From Polyangiaceae bacterium (GTDB lineage Bacteria > Myxococcota_A > Polyangia > Polyangiales > Polyangiaceae): DNA of 64,000 nucleotides. Location of the stretch: the NCBI GenBank assembly GCA_035063585.1, contig JAPSGB010000008.1:128001-192000 (forward strand), given 5' to 3'. Positions 29,965-39,735 of the stretch are shown here, in pieces (positions within the stretch are counted from its first letter, which is position 1; every line of letters begins with the position of its first letter). The position numbers were made by a program, and so were the translations under genes. The notes under the pieces are model-generated. The model did not search any database. It had not been told where the DNA came from and saw nothing but the letters and a program-made list of their open reading frames with translations.

Positions 29965-30966
29965 TCAGCTCCGGCGGCGGGTCCGCTGCTTCGGCGCGTC
30001 TGCGACGAGCTGGGTGAGCCCGGGTGACTCGGGCGCGCTGTAGCCGAGCTCGGCGAGCTGACGCGGAACGTCGCGCCAGCGCGGGCTCACCCGCACGAAG
30101 AGCTCGAGGTGGACGGGCTTGCCGACCAGCGCCTCGATACGCTCGCGTGCGGCGATGCCGACCGCGCGGATCTGTCCGCCGCCCTTGCCGACCAGGATGG
30201 TGCGCTGGCCGGGCTTGTCGACGTGGATGGTGGCCTTCACGACGAACGTCTTGGGAGAGTCGTCGATGCGGTCGATGGCGACCGCGGCCGCGTGCGGCAC
30301 CTCGCGGCCCAGCTGCTGCAGGATCGCCTCGCGCACGTACTCTCGCGCGAAGAACGAGGTCGGTCGATCGGTGAGCGTGTCCTCGTCGTAGCCCGCCGCG
30401 CCCTCGGGCAAGTGCGCGGCAGCGAGCGTGAGCACGCGCTCGACGTCGTCCGGCCGTCTCGCCGAGATGGGCACGATCTCGGTGAACTCGCGGAGCTTCG
30501 CGTACCCGTCGAGGAGCGGTAGGAGCTTGGCCTTGTCGCGGAGCACGTCGACCTTGTTCACCACGAGGAGGCAGGGCGTCAGGGGCGGGATGAGCGCGAG
30601 GAGCGCGGCGTCCTCCGGGTGCACCAGGCTCGCCGCGGGGGGCACCGCGCCGAGCGCCGCGTCGCGCCGCGGAGGGTGCGCGACGTGGGCCACGTCGGTC
30701 ATGAACAAGATCACCTCCGCGCGCCGCGCGGCCTCGAGTGCGGCGGCGTTCATGCGGCGACCGAGCTCGGAGTGGGGGCGGTGCAGCCCCGGGGTGTCGA
30801 TGAAGGCGATCTGCGCGCCGTCGCGATGAACCACGCCGAGCAGAGGATCGCGGGTGGTCTGGGCGCGTCGAGACACGATCGCCAGCGCCTCGCCGAGCGC
30901 GGCGTTCAGAAAGGTCGATTTCCCGACGTTGGAGCGGCCGAGCAGAGTCGCCGTACCGAAGCGCAT
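29965..30966 (-). CDS. era: GTPase Era
   Basis: GRSNVGKS, QTTR, DTPG, NKVD, EVPH, KH domain ILVGKGG...LFVRV...WR. Confidence 0.95.
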   Translation of the reverse strand: MRFGTATLLGRSNVGKSTFLNAALGEALAIVSRRAQTTRDPLLGVVHRDGAQIAFIDTPGLHRPHSELGRRMNAAALEAARRAEVILFMTDVAHVAHPPRRDAALGAVPPAASLVHPEDAALLALIPPLTPCLLVVNKVDVLRDKAKLLPLLDGYAKLREFTEIVPISARRPDDVERVLTLAAAHLPEGAAGYDEDTLTDRPTSFFAREYVREAILQQLGREVPHAAAVAIDRIDDSPKTFVVKATIHVDKPGQRTILVGKGGGQIRAVGIAARERIEALVGKPVHLELFVRVSPRWRDVPRQLAELGYSAPESPGLTQLVADAPKQRTRRRS

Positions 30967-31081
30967 TTCGACGGAGGCGTAGCGCAGCCGCGCGGCGAGG
31001 GGGACGCATTTCGCTCGGGCCCGGGCCCGAGCGCCCGGCGGATCGGGAATCTGCTAAGGTCCCGCCCCTCGGAAGAAGCCC

Positions 31082-33670
31082 ATGGTCGATGAAGAGGCGC
31101 GCCCGGAGGGCGACGACGTGGAGGCGGTCCCGGCTGAGCCGGCAGGGGAGGCGGGGCGCGCGGATGAGCCCGCGGCGATGGAGGAATCCCGGGGCGACGC
31201 CCCGCGCGCGGCCGCTCGCCGCCCGTGGCTCACCGGTCTCGCGGCGCTGGTCACGCTGGCGAGCTTGTTCGGGCCCCTCTCCGCGAGCGGGATCTGGGAT
31301 CCGCCCGAGCTCCGCGTGGCGGATCTTGCCCGGCGGATCGCGGTGAACCTGCTCGGCGCACGGGACCTGGTGCTCGACGGCGCCAACAACGCGATCCCGA
31401 CGCTCGGCGAGCTCGCGCGCGGCCAGCTCCCGTTCACCTCGGTGGCGCTCGGGTTCAAGCTGTTCGGCCTGCACGACTGGGCGGGTCGGCTCCCGCTAGC
31501 GCTCTGGGGTATGCTCGGGGTGCTGGCGACGTGGACGCTGATCGCTCGCCTCGCCGACCGTGCGGCGGCCGCGTTCTCCGTGCTCGCGCTCGCGACCATG
31601 CCGCTCTACTTCCTGCACGCGCGCACCATCCTGGGCGACATCGTCACGATGGCCTCGCTCGCCATCGCCGTAGCCGGCCTCGCGCTCGCCGCTTTCGACC
31701 GCGGGGCGCGCTGGCGCCCGGCGTGGCTGTTGCTCGGCGTGGCAGGGATGGCGTCGGGGTTCGGCTCGCGCGGGGTGCTCATCGGCGTCGCGCTCCCGGC
31801 GCTCGGGGTCGGCGCCGCGTGGCTGGTCCTCGCCGTCGGTGGCGAGCGCCGCGCGGGCGACCGCTTTGGCGCCGCCATCGGTGGCTTCGCGCTCCTCACC
31901 GGCGCGATCGCGCTCGGGCTGGGGGTGAACGCGCTCACGCACGCCGCCGCGCAGCCCGCTCGAGCGCTCATGACGCTCGGGGTGGCGGTCGACCCGCCCC
32001 GCCAGCGCCCGACCTTCGATTTTGTCATCCAGTATCTCGGTCACGGGCTATTTCCGTGGAGCGCGGTCTTGCCCTTCGCGCTCGGTCGCGTGCTCCGCGG
32101 CCCGGTGGGCATCGAGGGCCCGGCGCGAGAGCGCGAGGTGGCGCTGCGCGCAGTGCTGCTGCTGGTCGCCGTGACCGGCTTCGGCGTCTACGGCGCCCTC
32201 GCTCCGGCGACCGGCCACCTGCCGTACGGTCCGGTGTTCGCGCTCGCCGGTCTCGCCGCGATCGCGCTCCGGGATTTCGAGCGCGGCGCGCCCGGCTCGC
32301 GGACCGTCGCGATGGGCGTCGCCGCCTTCGCGGTGCTCTTCTACGAAGATTTTCGCGAGTATCCGGTCAAGGCGCTCAGCGCCTTCGCGGCCGGCGACGC
32401 CACCTTCCCGGACAGCTTCCGCGAGCCCGGCATGGCGTTCATCCGCGTCGCCACGCTGCTGCTCATCGTTGGGTTCTTCTTCTCGTTCATGGAGCGGCAA
32501 GAGCCCGCGCCGCGCGTCTTCGACAAGGCCGAGTACCTGCGCTGGCCGCGTCTCATCCGCACCCTCTGGAACGGGAACCTCGCGTTCGTGCTGCTGGTCG
32601 GAGAGGCCGCGCTGGTGGCCCTCGCGGCGCTCGCCTACCTGTCGCGTACGCGCCTCCACTTGAAGCAGTTCAGCGGTATCGGCGAGCAGGAGTATCTGGC
32701 GCTCTACGCGGCGTGGGCGGTCCTCCCGATCGCCGTGTACCTCGCGCCGGCCGGGCTCATGGCGTCCCGCGACGCCGTGCGATGGCTCTACGCGCGCCTG
32801 CCGACGACGCGCGCGGTGGGCTCGACGACCGCGGTGGTCGCCTGCGGAGCGGTCTTGAGTCTCGGCTATTATCCCCGGCTCGCGCGTCAGATCTCCCCGA
32901 AGGAGGTCTTCGACTCCTACGAGGCCCACGCAGAGAAAGGTGAGGCGCTCGGTCTGGTGGGCGTCAGTACCGGGAGCGCGCGCTACTACACCGGCGGAGA
33001 GGTCCCGACCTTCCCGGAGGTCACCGCCGCGTTCGGCTGGCTCACCGCGTCTCGCGAGCGCCGTTGGCTCGCGCTCCGCTCGGGCGACTTGCCTCAGATG
33101 AACTCGCTCTATCGCGGCCAGACGCGACCGGCGCAGAACCTCCCGGTGCTCGACGCCCGCTCGAGTGAGATCCTGCTCGTCAGCAACGAGCTCCGCGCGG
33201 GCGAGAAGAACGAGAACCCGTTTCGGGACGCCATCCTGAGCGAGCCGCCGCGCCCCGCGCACCCCCTCGACGGCAACCTCGGCGGCCAGCTCGACTGCCT
33301 CGGCTGGTCGGTGACCGATCTCCGCGACCAGCCCGTCGACGGGATCGTCCCGCTCCGCACCTATCGCTTCAAGATCTACTACCGAGTGGTGGCGCCGATC
33401 GCGGGTAACTGGGAGACGTTCATCCACATCGACGGGTTCCAACGTCGCTACAACGGCGACCACAAGACGCTCGGTGGCAAGTACCCCTTGAACCTATGGC
33501 GCGTGGGCGACTTCATCGTGGATTCACACGAGATCGCGCTCGAACCGAACTTCACCCCCGGCAAGTATCAAGTGTTCTTCGGCCTCTTCATCGGGGACCG
33601 CCGCCTGGAGGTGAAGCGTGGCGCCCAGAGCGAGAATCGGCTGGACGGCGGGCCGATCCGCGTCGAGTAG
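31082..33670 (+). CDS. GT-C fold glycosyltransferase (ArnT/PMT, GT39/83-like) with C-terminal beta-sandwich domain
   Basis: GIWDPPE loop after TM1, KLFGLHDWAGRLP, HARTILGDI, many TMs; C-terminal FIHIDG...GDH...YP...WRVGD...PGKY domain. Confidence 0.82.
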   Translation: MVDEEARPEGDDVEAVPAEPAGEAGRADEPAAMEESRGDAPRAAARRPWLTGLAALVTLASLFGPLSASGIWDPPELRVADLARRIAVNLLGARDLVLDGANNAIPTLGELARGQLPFTSVALGFKLFGLHDWAGRLPLALWGMLGVLATWTLIARLADRAAAAFSVLALATMPLYFLHARTILGDIVTMASLAIAVAGLALAAFDRGARWRPAWLLLGVAGMASGFGSRGVLIGVALPALGVGAAWLVLAVGGERRAGDRFGAAIGGFALLTGAIALGLGVNALTHAAAQPARALMTLGVAVDPPRQRPTFDFVIQYLGHGLFPWSAVLPFALGRVLRGPVGIEGPAREREVALRAVLLLVAVTGFGVYGALAPATGHLPYGPVFALAGLAAIALRDFERGAPGSRTVAMGVAAFAVLFYEDFREYPVKALSAFAAGDATFPDSFREPGMAFIRVATLLLIVGFFFSFMERQEPAPRVFDKAEYLRWPRLIRTLWNGNLAFVLLVGEAALVALAALAYLSRTRLHLKQFSGIGEQEYLALYAAWAVLPIAVYLAPAGLMASRDAVRWLYARLPTTRAVGSTTAVVACGAVLSLGYYPRLARQISPKEVFDSYEAHAEKGEALGLVGVSTGSARYYTGGEVPTFPEVTAAFGWLTASRERRWLALRSGDLPQMNSLYRGQTRPAQNLPVLDARSSEILLVSNELRAGEKNENPFRDAILSEPPRPAHPLDGNLGGQLDCLGWSVTDLRDQPVDGIVPLRTYRFKIYYRVVAPIAGNWETFIHIDGFQRRYNGDHKTLGGKYPLNLWRVGDFIVDSHEIALEPNFTPGKYQVFFGLFIGDRRLEVKRGAQSENRLDGGPIRVE

Positions 33671-33812
33671 TCGGTCGTTCTGGGGGTCGTCCCGGCGCGA
33701 ATCCGCGCGTGGCGAGCACGGTGCGCGTCGTGAGCACCGCGCTCGGGCACCAATCACGCGCGCTCGGGCGTCGAGGCGTGACACGCGCTCGGAACGGGGC
33801 TAAGGCCGCTGG

Positions 33813-34199
33813 GTGAGCGAACCCCCGGGGAGCCACGGCCCAGAGGGCAAGAACCGGCGCACCGTCGAGCGCGTCGAGGTGGTGTGGTCGGTGGACTGCA
33901 CCACCGAGCAGACGTTCCTCTACGCGAGCATCACCAACATCTCCGCGCTCGGCATCTTCGTGCAGACGAACGAGCCGCTCCCGGTCGGCACGCACATGAC
34001 GTTGCGCTTCGCGCCGCCTGGCTCGCAGGAGCCGTTCGTGGTGCCAGGCGTCGTTCAGTGGCTGAACCCGGTGCGACCGATGGCCGAGAACCTCAACCCA
34101 GGGATGGGGATCCGCTTCGTCGGGCTCTCGCTGGAGGACCGCGAGCGGCTGGTCGAGGCGATCCACACCATCGCGTACGTCCGCGACGGGACCAACTGA
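33813..34199 (+). CDS. Stand-alone PilZ-domain protein (myxobacterial type)
   Basis: RTVER (RxxxR), NISALG (NxSxxG), GMGIRF. Confidence 0.9.
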   Translation: MSEPPGSHGPEGKNRRTVERVEVVWSVDCTTEQTFLYASITNISALGIFVQTNEPLPVGTHMTLRFAPPGSQEPFVVPGVVQWLNPVRPMAENLNPGMGIRFVGLSLEDRERLVEAIHTIAYVRDGTN

Positions 34200-34239
34200 G
34201 CCGGCCTTCGGCGAACCGATTCGCGCCGCGGGCTCGAAG

Positions 34240-35343
34240 TCAGTCGGCCGAGCCCGTTGGCGCCGGCGCGGCGGGCCCCGCCGGCGCCGGCTTTGCGGCG
34301 GCCGCGGCGGCCGCGGCGGGCCGAGGACGCTCGCTCGCGCGCGCGGCCGTGGCGTCGTCGCTGCGGCCGTCCAGCGTGTCGAGGGCTCGTCGCGCTCGGT
34401 CGGTGTAGCTCCCGTTAGCGAGCAGGAGCTGGTAGTTGCGGCGCGCGCGCTCGAGCTGACCGAGCGTGCGATAGCAGTCGGCTGCGAGCCAGGTCGCCTC
34501 GTCACCGATGGCGCTCCCTCGGTAGCGCGAGCCGACGTCATCGAAGCGCGCCGCGGCGGCCCCGCAGCCCGCGCTGTTGCGGAGCGAGCGCGCGGCGTAG
34601 AGCGCCGCGGAGCCCGCTTCCGAGCCTCCGGCCGCCGCGATCGCGTCGAAGCTCCGGGTGGCCTCCGCGTAACGACCGGTCCGATAGGCGGCCATCGCCG
34701 CCTCGTAGGCTCCCGGCCCTGCGTCCTCGGCCCCGTCGGGGCTCGCCGATGGTTCGATGGTGTCACGCGCGGCCCCCGCGCTGGCCGAGGGTTGGCGGTC
34801 CTCCGCCTCGGGCTCGCGCGCCTCCTCGCTCGCGGCGCTCCCTCGCTCGCGGCGCGCGCGCTTCTCCTCGAGAGGTGCCCCGTGCGAGTCTTCGCCGTCC
34901 GTGCGCGGCAGCGGGACGATGGCGACCGGTTCACGTTCGCTCTCCGGGACTCCGCGCTCGGTGACCTGAACCGACTCGCGCGCGCCGGGGCGCGTCTTCA
35001 CGAGCAGCAGGCTGGAGCCGATCATGAGCAGCAAGAGCGCGGCCATGGCGAGCTGCGGGCGCATGGTGTAGCTCGCCAGGATGGAGACCGCGCGCCCGAA
35101 TCGCTTGCGAAGCGGCAGCACCGCCGTGGCCTGACGCTCCGCTTCCAGGATACGCGCCGCGAGCGTGGCGGGCGGCGCATCGAGCGGTAGCACGCCCACC
35201 TCACGGGTGGCTCGGAGGCCTGCGACGATGGCGCGGCACCGAGCACATTGCTCGACGTGCCGCTTGGCCGCGGCGCGAGTCAGCTCATCGAGCTCGTCGT
35301 AGAGCAGGTCGAGCACGATTCGATCGAACTTCTCGCAGTCCAC
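34240..35343 (-). CDS. Zinc-binding (ZAS) membrane anti-sigma factor with periplasmic TPR-like domain
   Basis: MDC...HVEQCARC (HxxxCxxC), one TM, C-terminal TPR helices; directly downstream of the ECF sigma. Confidence 0.88.
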   Translation of the reverse strand: MDCEKFDRIVLDLLYDELDELTRAAAKRHVEQCARCRAIVAGLRATREVGVLPLDAPPATLAARILEAERQATAVLPLRKRFGRAVSILASYTMRPQLAMAALLLLMIGSSLLLVKTRPGARESVQVTERGVPESEREPVAIVPLPRTDGEDSHGAPLEEKRARRERGSAASEEAREPEAEDRQPSASAGAARDTIEPSASPDGAEDAGPGAYEAAMAAYRTGRYAEATRSFDAIAAAGGSEAGSAALYAARSLRNSAGCGAAAARFDDVGSRYRGSAIGDEATWLAADCYRTLGQLERARRNYQLLLANGSYTDRARRALDTLDGRSDDATAARASERPRPAAAAAAAAKPAPAGPAAPAPTGSAD

Positions 35344-35357
35344 CTCGATACCTCGAT

Positions 35358-35981
35358 TCAGCGCAGCGCCCGCGCGTACTCATCGAACTCGGAGAGGGCG
35401 TCTTTCAGCCGGTCGAGCGCGTAGCGCATGCGGCTCTTGATCGTGTTCTCTCCGACTCCGGTGATTTCTGCGATGTCCTTGAAGGGCAAGTTGGCGATCT
35501 CCCGGAGCAGGAAGACCTCGCGCTGGTCGTCGGGGAGCGCCTCGATCGCCGCGACGATCCTGTCTCTTACCTCGGAGGCGGCCGCGCTCCGTTCGACGCT
35601 GGCGCGCGGGTGGGGATCCGCGACGCTCTCGACGAGCGGGGCCCCTCCTGCTCCTTCACGACCCGGCGGCGGCGCGTCGAGCGAAGGGTGGCGGCGATGG
35701 CTGAGCTTGCGGACCTGGTCGATGCACTGGTTCCGGGCGATGGTGTAGAGCCAGGTCGAGAAGCGGGCCTCGTGCTTGAAGTCTGCGGCGTTCTGGACGA
35801 GCCGGAGGAAGACGTCCTGGGTGACGTCTTCGGTGAGCGCCCGGTGGCGGAGCTGCCGGAGCACGAAGTTGTAGATAGGGGTCTCGTAACGCCGTACGAG
35901 CTCACCGAAAGCGTCACGGTCGCCGCGCTGATAACGCACCATGAGCATCTCGTCGCTCGCATCTCCCCTGTCGCCTGCCAT
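35358..35981 (-). CDS. ECF RNA polymerase sigma factor
   Basis: DEMLM, AFGELVRRY, EDVTQDVF, FSTWLYTIARN, QREVFLLRE, EIT...TIKSRMRYAL. Confidence 0.95.
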   Translation of the reverse strand: MAGDRGDASDEMLMVRYQRGDRDAFGELVRRYETPIYNFVLRQLRHRALTEDVTQDVFLRLVQNAADFKHEARFSTWLYTIARNQCIDQVRKLSHRRHPSLDAPPPGREGAGGAPLVESVADPHPRASVERSAAASEVRDRIVAAIEALPDDQREVFLLREIANLPFKDIAEITGVGENTIKSRMRYALDRLKDALSEFDEYARALR

Positions 35982-36391
35982 CCCGGTCACCTCGCGCTCG
36001 TGGAGTGAAGGTGGGGCGGTGACGCGGGCGGAAAAAGCCAGGTCCCCGGCAGCCCGGTGACCGGTCCTGCCGAGGCGCGTTGTTTCAGACGTCCCTGCAC
36101 GGGGTTCGATCTGGTAGTCAGTGACCCGCCGCCACCCTACCCTTCGCTCGCCAATCGCTGCAATGGACGATCCCGGCTCAGCAGGGCGGCTCCCGGGACG
36201 GGCGTCAATTATGCTCGACGCGCGTGGTTTCAGGCTACTGGGGGCCGCGGCCCCCGGCTCGGCGCACAAAACCTGCTTGCCGGCACCGGTTGCAGTCTGC
36301 TCGAATCCCGCTCATAAGGTTCGAGCGACGCTCGGCGCGCGTTGGTTGCGGCGGCGGCTGGCTTATTCATTGGAATCGGAGAGGGAGAGCG

Positions 36392-37297
36392 ATGCGAATT
36401 CCCAAGGCACTGTGGTTGGTGACCGTTGTGTCGGCGCTCTACGCGTCGGCGGCCGCCGCGCAAGGCACCGGTAGCGCCGCGGCATCGACGCCGGCGGGGG
36501 CCGCTACGGCGAGCGCCAGCGCGGCGCCGGCCGCCAGCGCGGCGCCGGCCGCCAGCGCGGCGCCGGCCACCAGCGCGGCGCCGGCCGACTCTGCGCAACC
36601 CGCCGCAGCCGCGTCCGCTCCGGCCGGCGCGAGCGCTGCCCCGGCGTCTCCTGGAAGCGCGACGCCACCGGCGCCGGCCGCCAGCGATACGATGGACGGC
36701 TCCACGTATCTCATCCGACTCCGAGACATCGAGCAGCGCGTCGACGAGCTCAAAGAGCAAATCCGGCGCAGCCACACCCGGTTGAGCCTCCTGAGCGACA
36801 CCATCCTGTCAGGGGGCGTCGGCGGGGCGCGAGCGGAGATCAAGTTCACGAACGACATGAGCAGCGCGTTCCGGCTCACCCGGGCGCTCTTCGTGCTCGA
36901 CGGCGCGGTCCAGTACAACAAGCAGGATGACTCGGGGGCTTTGGCTTCGCAGCGCGAGATCCCCATCTTCAGCGGCTCGATCCCGCCCGGGGATCACACG
37001 CTGCAGGTCTTGGTTCAGCTCACCGGGCACGGCTACGGCGTGTTCTCTTACCTCAGGGGCTACCACTTCGAGGTCAAGTCCAGCCACTCCTTCACCGTGA
37101 CCGAAGGTAAGACGATTCGGCTCGACGCGATCGCCTGGGAAAAGGGCGGCGTCACGACGCCGCTCGAGCAGCGTCCGGCGGTGCGCTACGTCGAGAAGCT
37201 CTCTTCCGGCGGTAGCGCACCCTCCAGCGCCGCGACCCCGGCGTCGTCCTCTCCCGGTGTCTCCGGCGGCATCTCGATCGGCACGGGAGGCAAGTAA
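36392..37297 (+). CDS. Secreted protein (Ala/Pro linker, coiled coil, beta-rich domain), first gene of the Glt-like operon
   Basis: RBS GAGGGAG; signal peptide; ASAAPA repeats; LRDIEQRVDELKEQIRRS coiled coil; TAATG coupling to the next gene. Confidence 0.8.
   Translation: MRIPKALWLVTVVSALYASAAAAQGTGSAAASTPAGAATASASAAPAASAAPAASAAPATSAAPADSAQPAAAASAPAGASAAPASPGSATPPAPAASDTMDGSTYLIRLRDIEQRVDELKEQIRRSHTRLSLLSDTILSGGVGGARAEIKFTNDMSSAFRLTRALFVLDGAVQYNKQDDSGALASQREIPIFSGSIPPGDHTLQVLVQLTGHGYGVFSYLRGYHFEVKSSHSFTVTEGKTIRLDAIAWEKGGVTTPLEQRPAVRYVEKLSSGGSAPSSAATPASSSPGVSGGISIGTGGK
36515..36586 (+). repeat. 18-bp tandem repeat GCCAGCGCGGCGCCGGCC x4 (ASAAPA linker)
   Basis: Directly visible; the last copy has one mismatch. 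Confidence 0.9.
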
Positions 37298-39735
37298 TGC
37301 CCAGTCGACGCGCGCCCGGATGGGCGTTGCTCGTCGCGCTCGCGGCGACCGGAGCCGCGCGGCCAGCGCTCGCGCTCAGCCCGGCGGACGCGAAGAGCCG
37401 CGCCGAGGGCGCGGTGCGAGAGGTGGAAGCGAACGTCGGCGCGGTGCAGGCCGCGGCGGCCAGCGCGGCGCGGCAGCGGATCACTCCGGAGCAGCGGATC
37501 GCCGCCGGCGAGCTGTTGCTCCGGAACAAGGACTACGACGCTGCCATCGATCTCCTAAGTCAGGTGGTGGAGCTCCATCGTCAGGGCAAGGCCAACGAGG
37601 CTTCCAACGCGGACGCGAGCTTCCTCCTCGCGGGCGCGTATTTCGAGTCGAAGCAGTATGCCTCCGCGCGCCGCTATTACCGGGCGGTGCTCGACCAGGC
37701 CGCGCGCGCCCCGTACGACGCCTACGCTGGGCGCTCGCTCAGCCGCTTGGTCGACATCGCCCTGCACACCTCCGACCTCGACAGTCTGGACGACATCTTC
37801 GCGCGGATGAACCAGCTCCCCGCCTCGGACGCCTCCGGGTCGCTCCAGTACGCGCACGCCAAGGCGTATTTCGCGCGGCATGATTTCGCGGCGGCTCGGG
37901 CCGCCGCCTCGGGGGTTCGCGCCGATTCGCCCTACTCCTATCAAGCCCAGTATCTGCTCGGAGCCGTGCTCGTGCGAGAGGCGACGCCGGCGCCTCCGCC
38001 CGCTCCCGAGCCGCCCACCACCGCCGCTGCCGCCCCGGTCGCGGCCGCCCCAGCGGCCGCCGGCGAGCTCGCCCCGCCGACCAAGGCCCGCTACGCCGCG
38101 GCGATCGAGCAGTTTCGAGCGGTGACGCGTCTCTCCCCGGATACCGATGCCCATCGGCACGTGATCGATCTCGCGTGGATGGCGATCGGGCGGCTCTTCT
38201 ACGAGACTAGCGGCTACCTCGACGCCGCCGACGCCTACAGCCACGTGGATCGCACCTCGCCCGAATTCAACGCGATGCTCTACGAGCTCGCGTGGGTGTA
38301 TGTGCGCCTGGGCGACTATCAACGAGCGCAGCGCGCGCTCGAGGTGCTAAGCATCACCGATCCGGGCTCCCTCCAGTTCGCTGATGGCTCGCTCCTGCGC
38401 GCCGACCTCATGTTGCGCTCCGGGCAGTTCGAGAAGGCGCTCGCGCTCTACGAGAGCGTTCACGATCGATTCGACCCGATTCGGGCGCAGGTCGACGAGT
38501 TCCTGAAGACGACCAACGACCCGGTCATCTATTACCAAGAGCTCGTCTCGGACGAGTTCGAGGCCGCCGAGCTCCAGCTCCCGAAGCTGTCGCCGATCAT
38601 CATCGAGTGGGCAAAACAGCAAGCCGAAGACGATCGCGCGTTCGCGCTCATCGATGACGTCAAGCGTTCGCGGACCTTGATGAAGCGCTCGCGGGCGCTC
38701 GTGCGCAAGCTGGAGGCCGTGCTCGCGTCGGGCACGCGTGTTCGCGCGTTTCCCGAGCTCAAGGCCCAGCTCGAAGCGGCGCTCGGGCTCACCAACAAGC
38801 TCGCCGGCGCGCGCCGGACGCTCGCCGAGGGGATGGATGACGCCGCGGGCTCCGGGGGCGGCGAGCTCGCCCAGGTCCGTGCGCAGCGTCGCGCGCTCAT
38901 GAAGCGGATGAGCCAGCTCCCCGTCACCGACGGTGATTTCCTGCGTCGTGAGTCGAGTGGCGAGCGGCAGTGGAATCAGATGTCTCAAGCGCTCCAGCGG
39001 CTCAGCCTGGAGGCGGACAAGCTCCAGGCGATCGTGAACGGGCTCCAGCGAGTCCTGAAGGACGCCGATCAGTTCGGCGTGACGCGTGACCTCGCGAGTC
39101 GCCAGCGCTTTCAAGCGGAGATCGAGGCGAACGAGCGCGAGATCGCGGTCTATCGCAAGAAGATTACCGAGTACCGCGAGGTGATCGAGCTCGGGCGTTC
39201 GCAGATCGGTCTCGGCGACCAACGCTACGTGGAGGATGACGCCACGCGAAAGCAGTTCCGCACGCTGTTCGCGCGCGAGGTGGAGCTCGCGGCTTCCGGC
39301 CAGGACGGCGGGGACGCCCAGGCGTACGCGAGAGCGATCCAGGCGCTGCTCGCTCGGCTCGACGCAGCCGAAGGCCGGCTCGATTCGGCTCGGGGCACCA
39401 TCGAGCGGCAGGTCGCGGAGCAGACCCGCTCGCTCTCCGCGGAGATCGCCCAGGAGTCCGCGAACCTCGAGCAGTACGCCGGGCGACTCGACGAGCTCGA
39501 CGCCGAGGCGCGCACCCTCGTCGGCGAGGTGGCGATGCGGAATTTTGGGCTGGTTCGCGATCGACTGAAGAACATCGTCCTCCGCGCGGACGTCGGCATC
39601 GTGCAAGAGGCGTGGGAGGTCCGCGAAGAGGAGCGAATGCGCGTCATCGACCTGCAGCGCGAGCGGGCCCAGGAGGATCAGCAATTGAACGACGAGCTCC
39701 GTGAGGTTCTCGACGACGCGGAGGAGTCGCCATGA
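37297..39735 (+). CDS. Periplasmic TPR and coiled-coil protein, GltC/NfsC-like
   Basis: Signal peptide; TPRs (LAWMAIGRLFYE, LYELAWVY); long coiled-coil C-terminus; position upstream of gltD/E/F/G-like genes. Confidence 0.72.
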   Translation: MPSRRAPGWALLVALAATGAARPALALSPADAKSRAEGAVREVEANVGAVQAAAASAARQRITPEQRIAAGELLLRNKDYDAAIDLLSQVVELHRQGKANEASNADASFLLAGAYFESKQYASARRYYRAVLDQAARAPYDAYAGRSLSRLVDIALHTSDLDSLDDIFARMNQLPASDASGSLQYAHAKAYFARHDFAAARAAASGVRADSPYSYQAQYLLGAVLVREATPAPPPAPEPPTTAAAAPVAAAPAAAGELAPPTKARYAAAIEQFRAVTRLSPDTDAHRHVIDLAWMAIGRLFYETSGYLDAADAYSHVDRTSPEFNAMLYELAWVYVRLGDYQRAQRALEVLSITDPGSLQFADGSLLRADLMLRSGQFEKALALYESVHDRFDPIRAQVDEFLKTTNDPVIYYQELVSDEFEAAELQLPKLSPIIIEWAKQQAEDDRAFALIDDVKRSRTLMKRSRALVRKLEAVLASGTRVRAFPELKAQLEAALGLTNKLAGARRTLAEGMDDAAGSGGGELAQVRAQRRALMKRMSQLPVTDGDFLRRESSGERQWNQMSQALQRLSLEADKLQAIVNGLQRVLKDADQFGVTRDLASRQRFQAEIEANEREIAVYRKKITEYREVIELGRSQIGLGDQRYVEDDATRKQFRTLFAREVELAASGQDGGDAQAYARAIQALLARLDAAEGRLDSARGTIERQVAEQTRSLSAEIAQESANLEQYAGRLDELDAEARTLVGEVAMRNFGLVRDRLKNIVLRADVGIVQEAWEVREEERMRVIDLQRERAQEDQQLNDELREVLDDAEESP

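Noticed and set aside
28632..30966. era-der adjacency, and S2P-scpA-scpB clustering at 2588-5513
   Set aside because: Common housekeeping arrangements, not novel.
36240..36255. Perfect 16-bp palindrome GGGGGCCGCGGCCCCC in the divergent promoter region
   Set aside because: Pure G/C, so plausible by chance at this composition; no second copy noticed.
36260..36350. Possible sigma54 promoters upstream of the Glt-like operon
   Set aside because: The GG-to-GC spacings I checked were 8 or 12 nt rather than the required 10.
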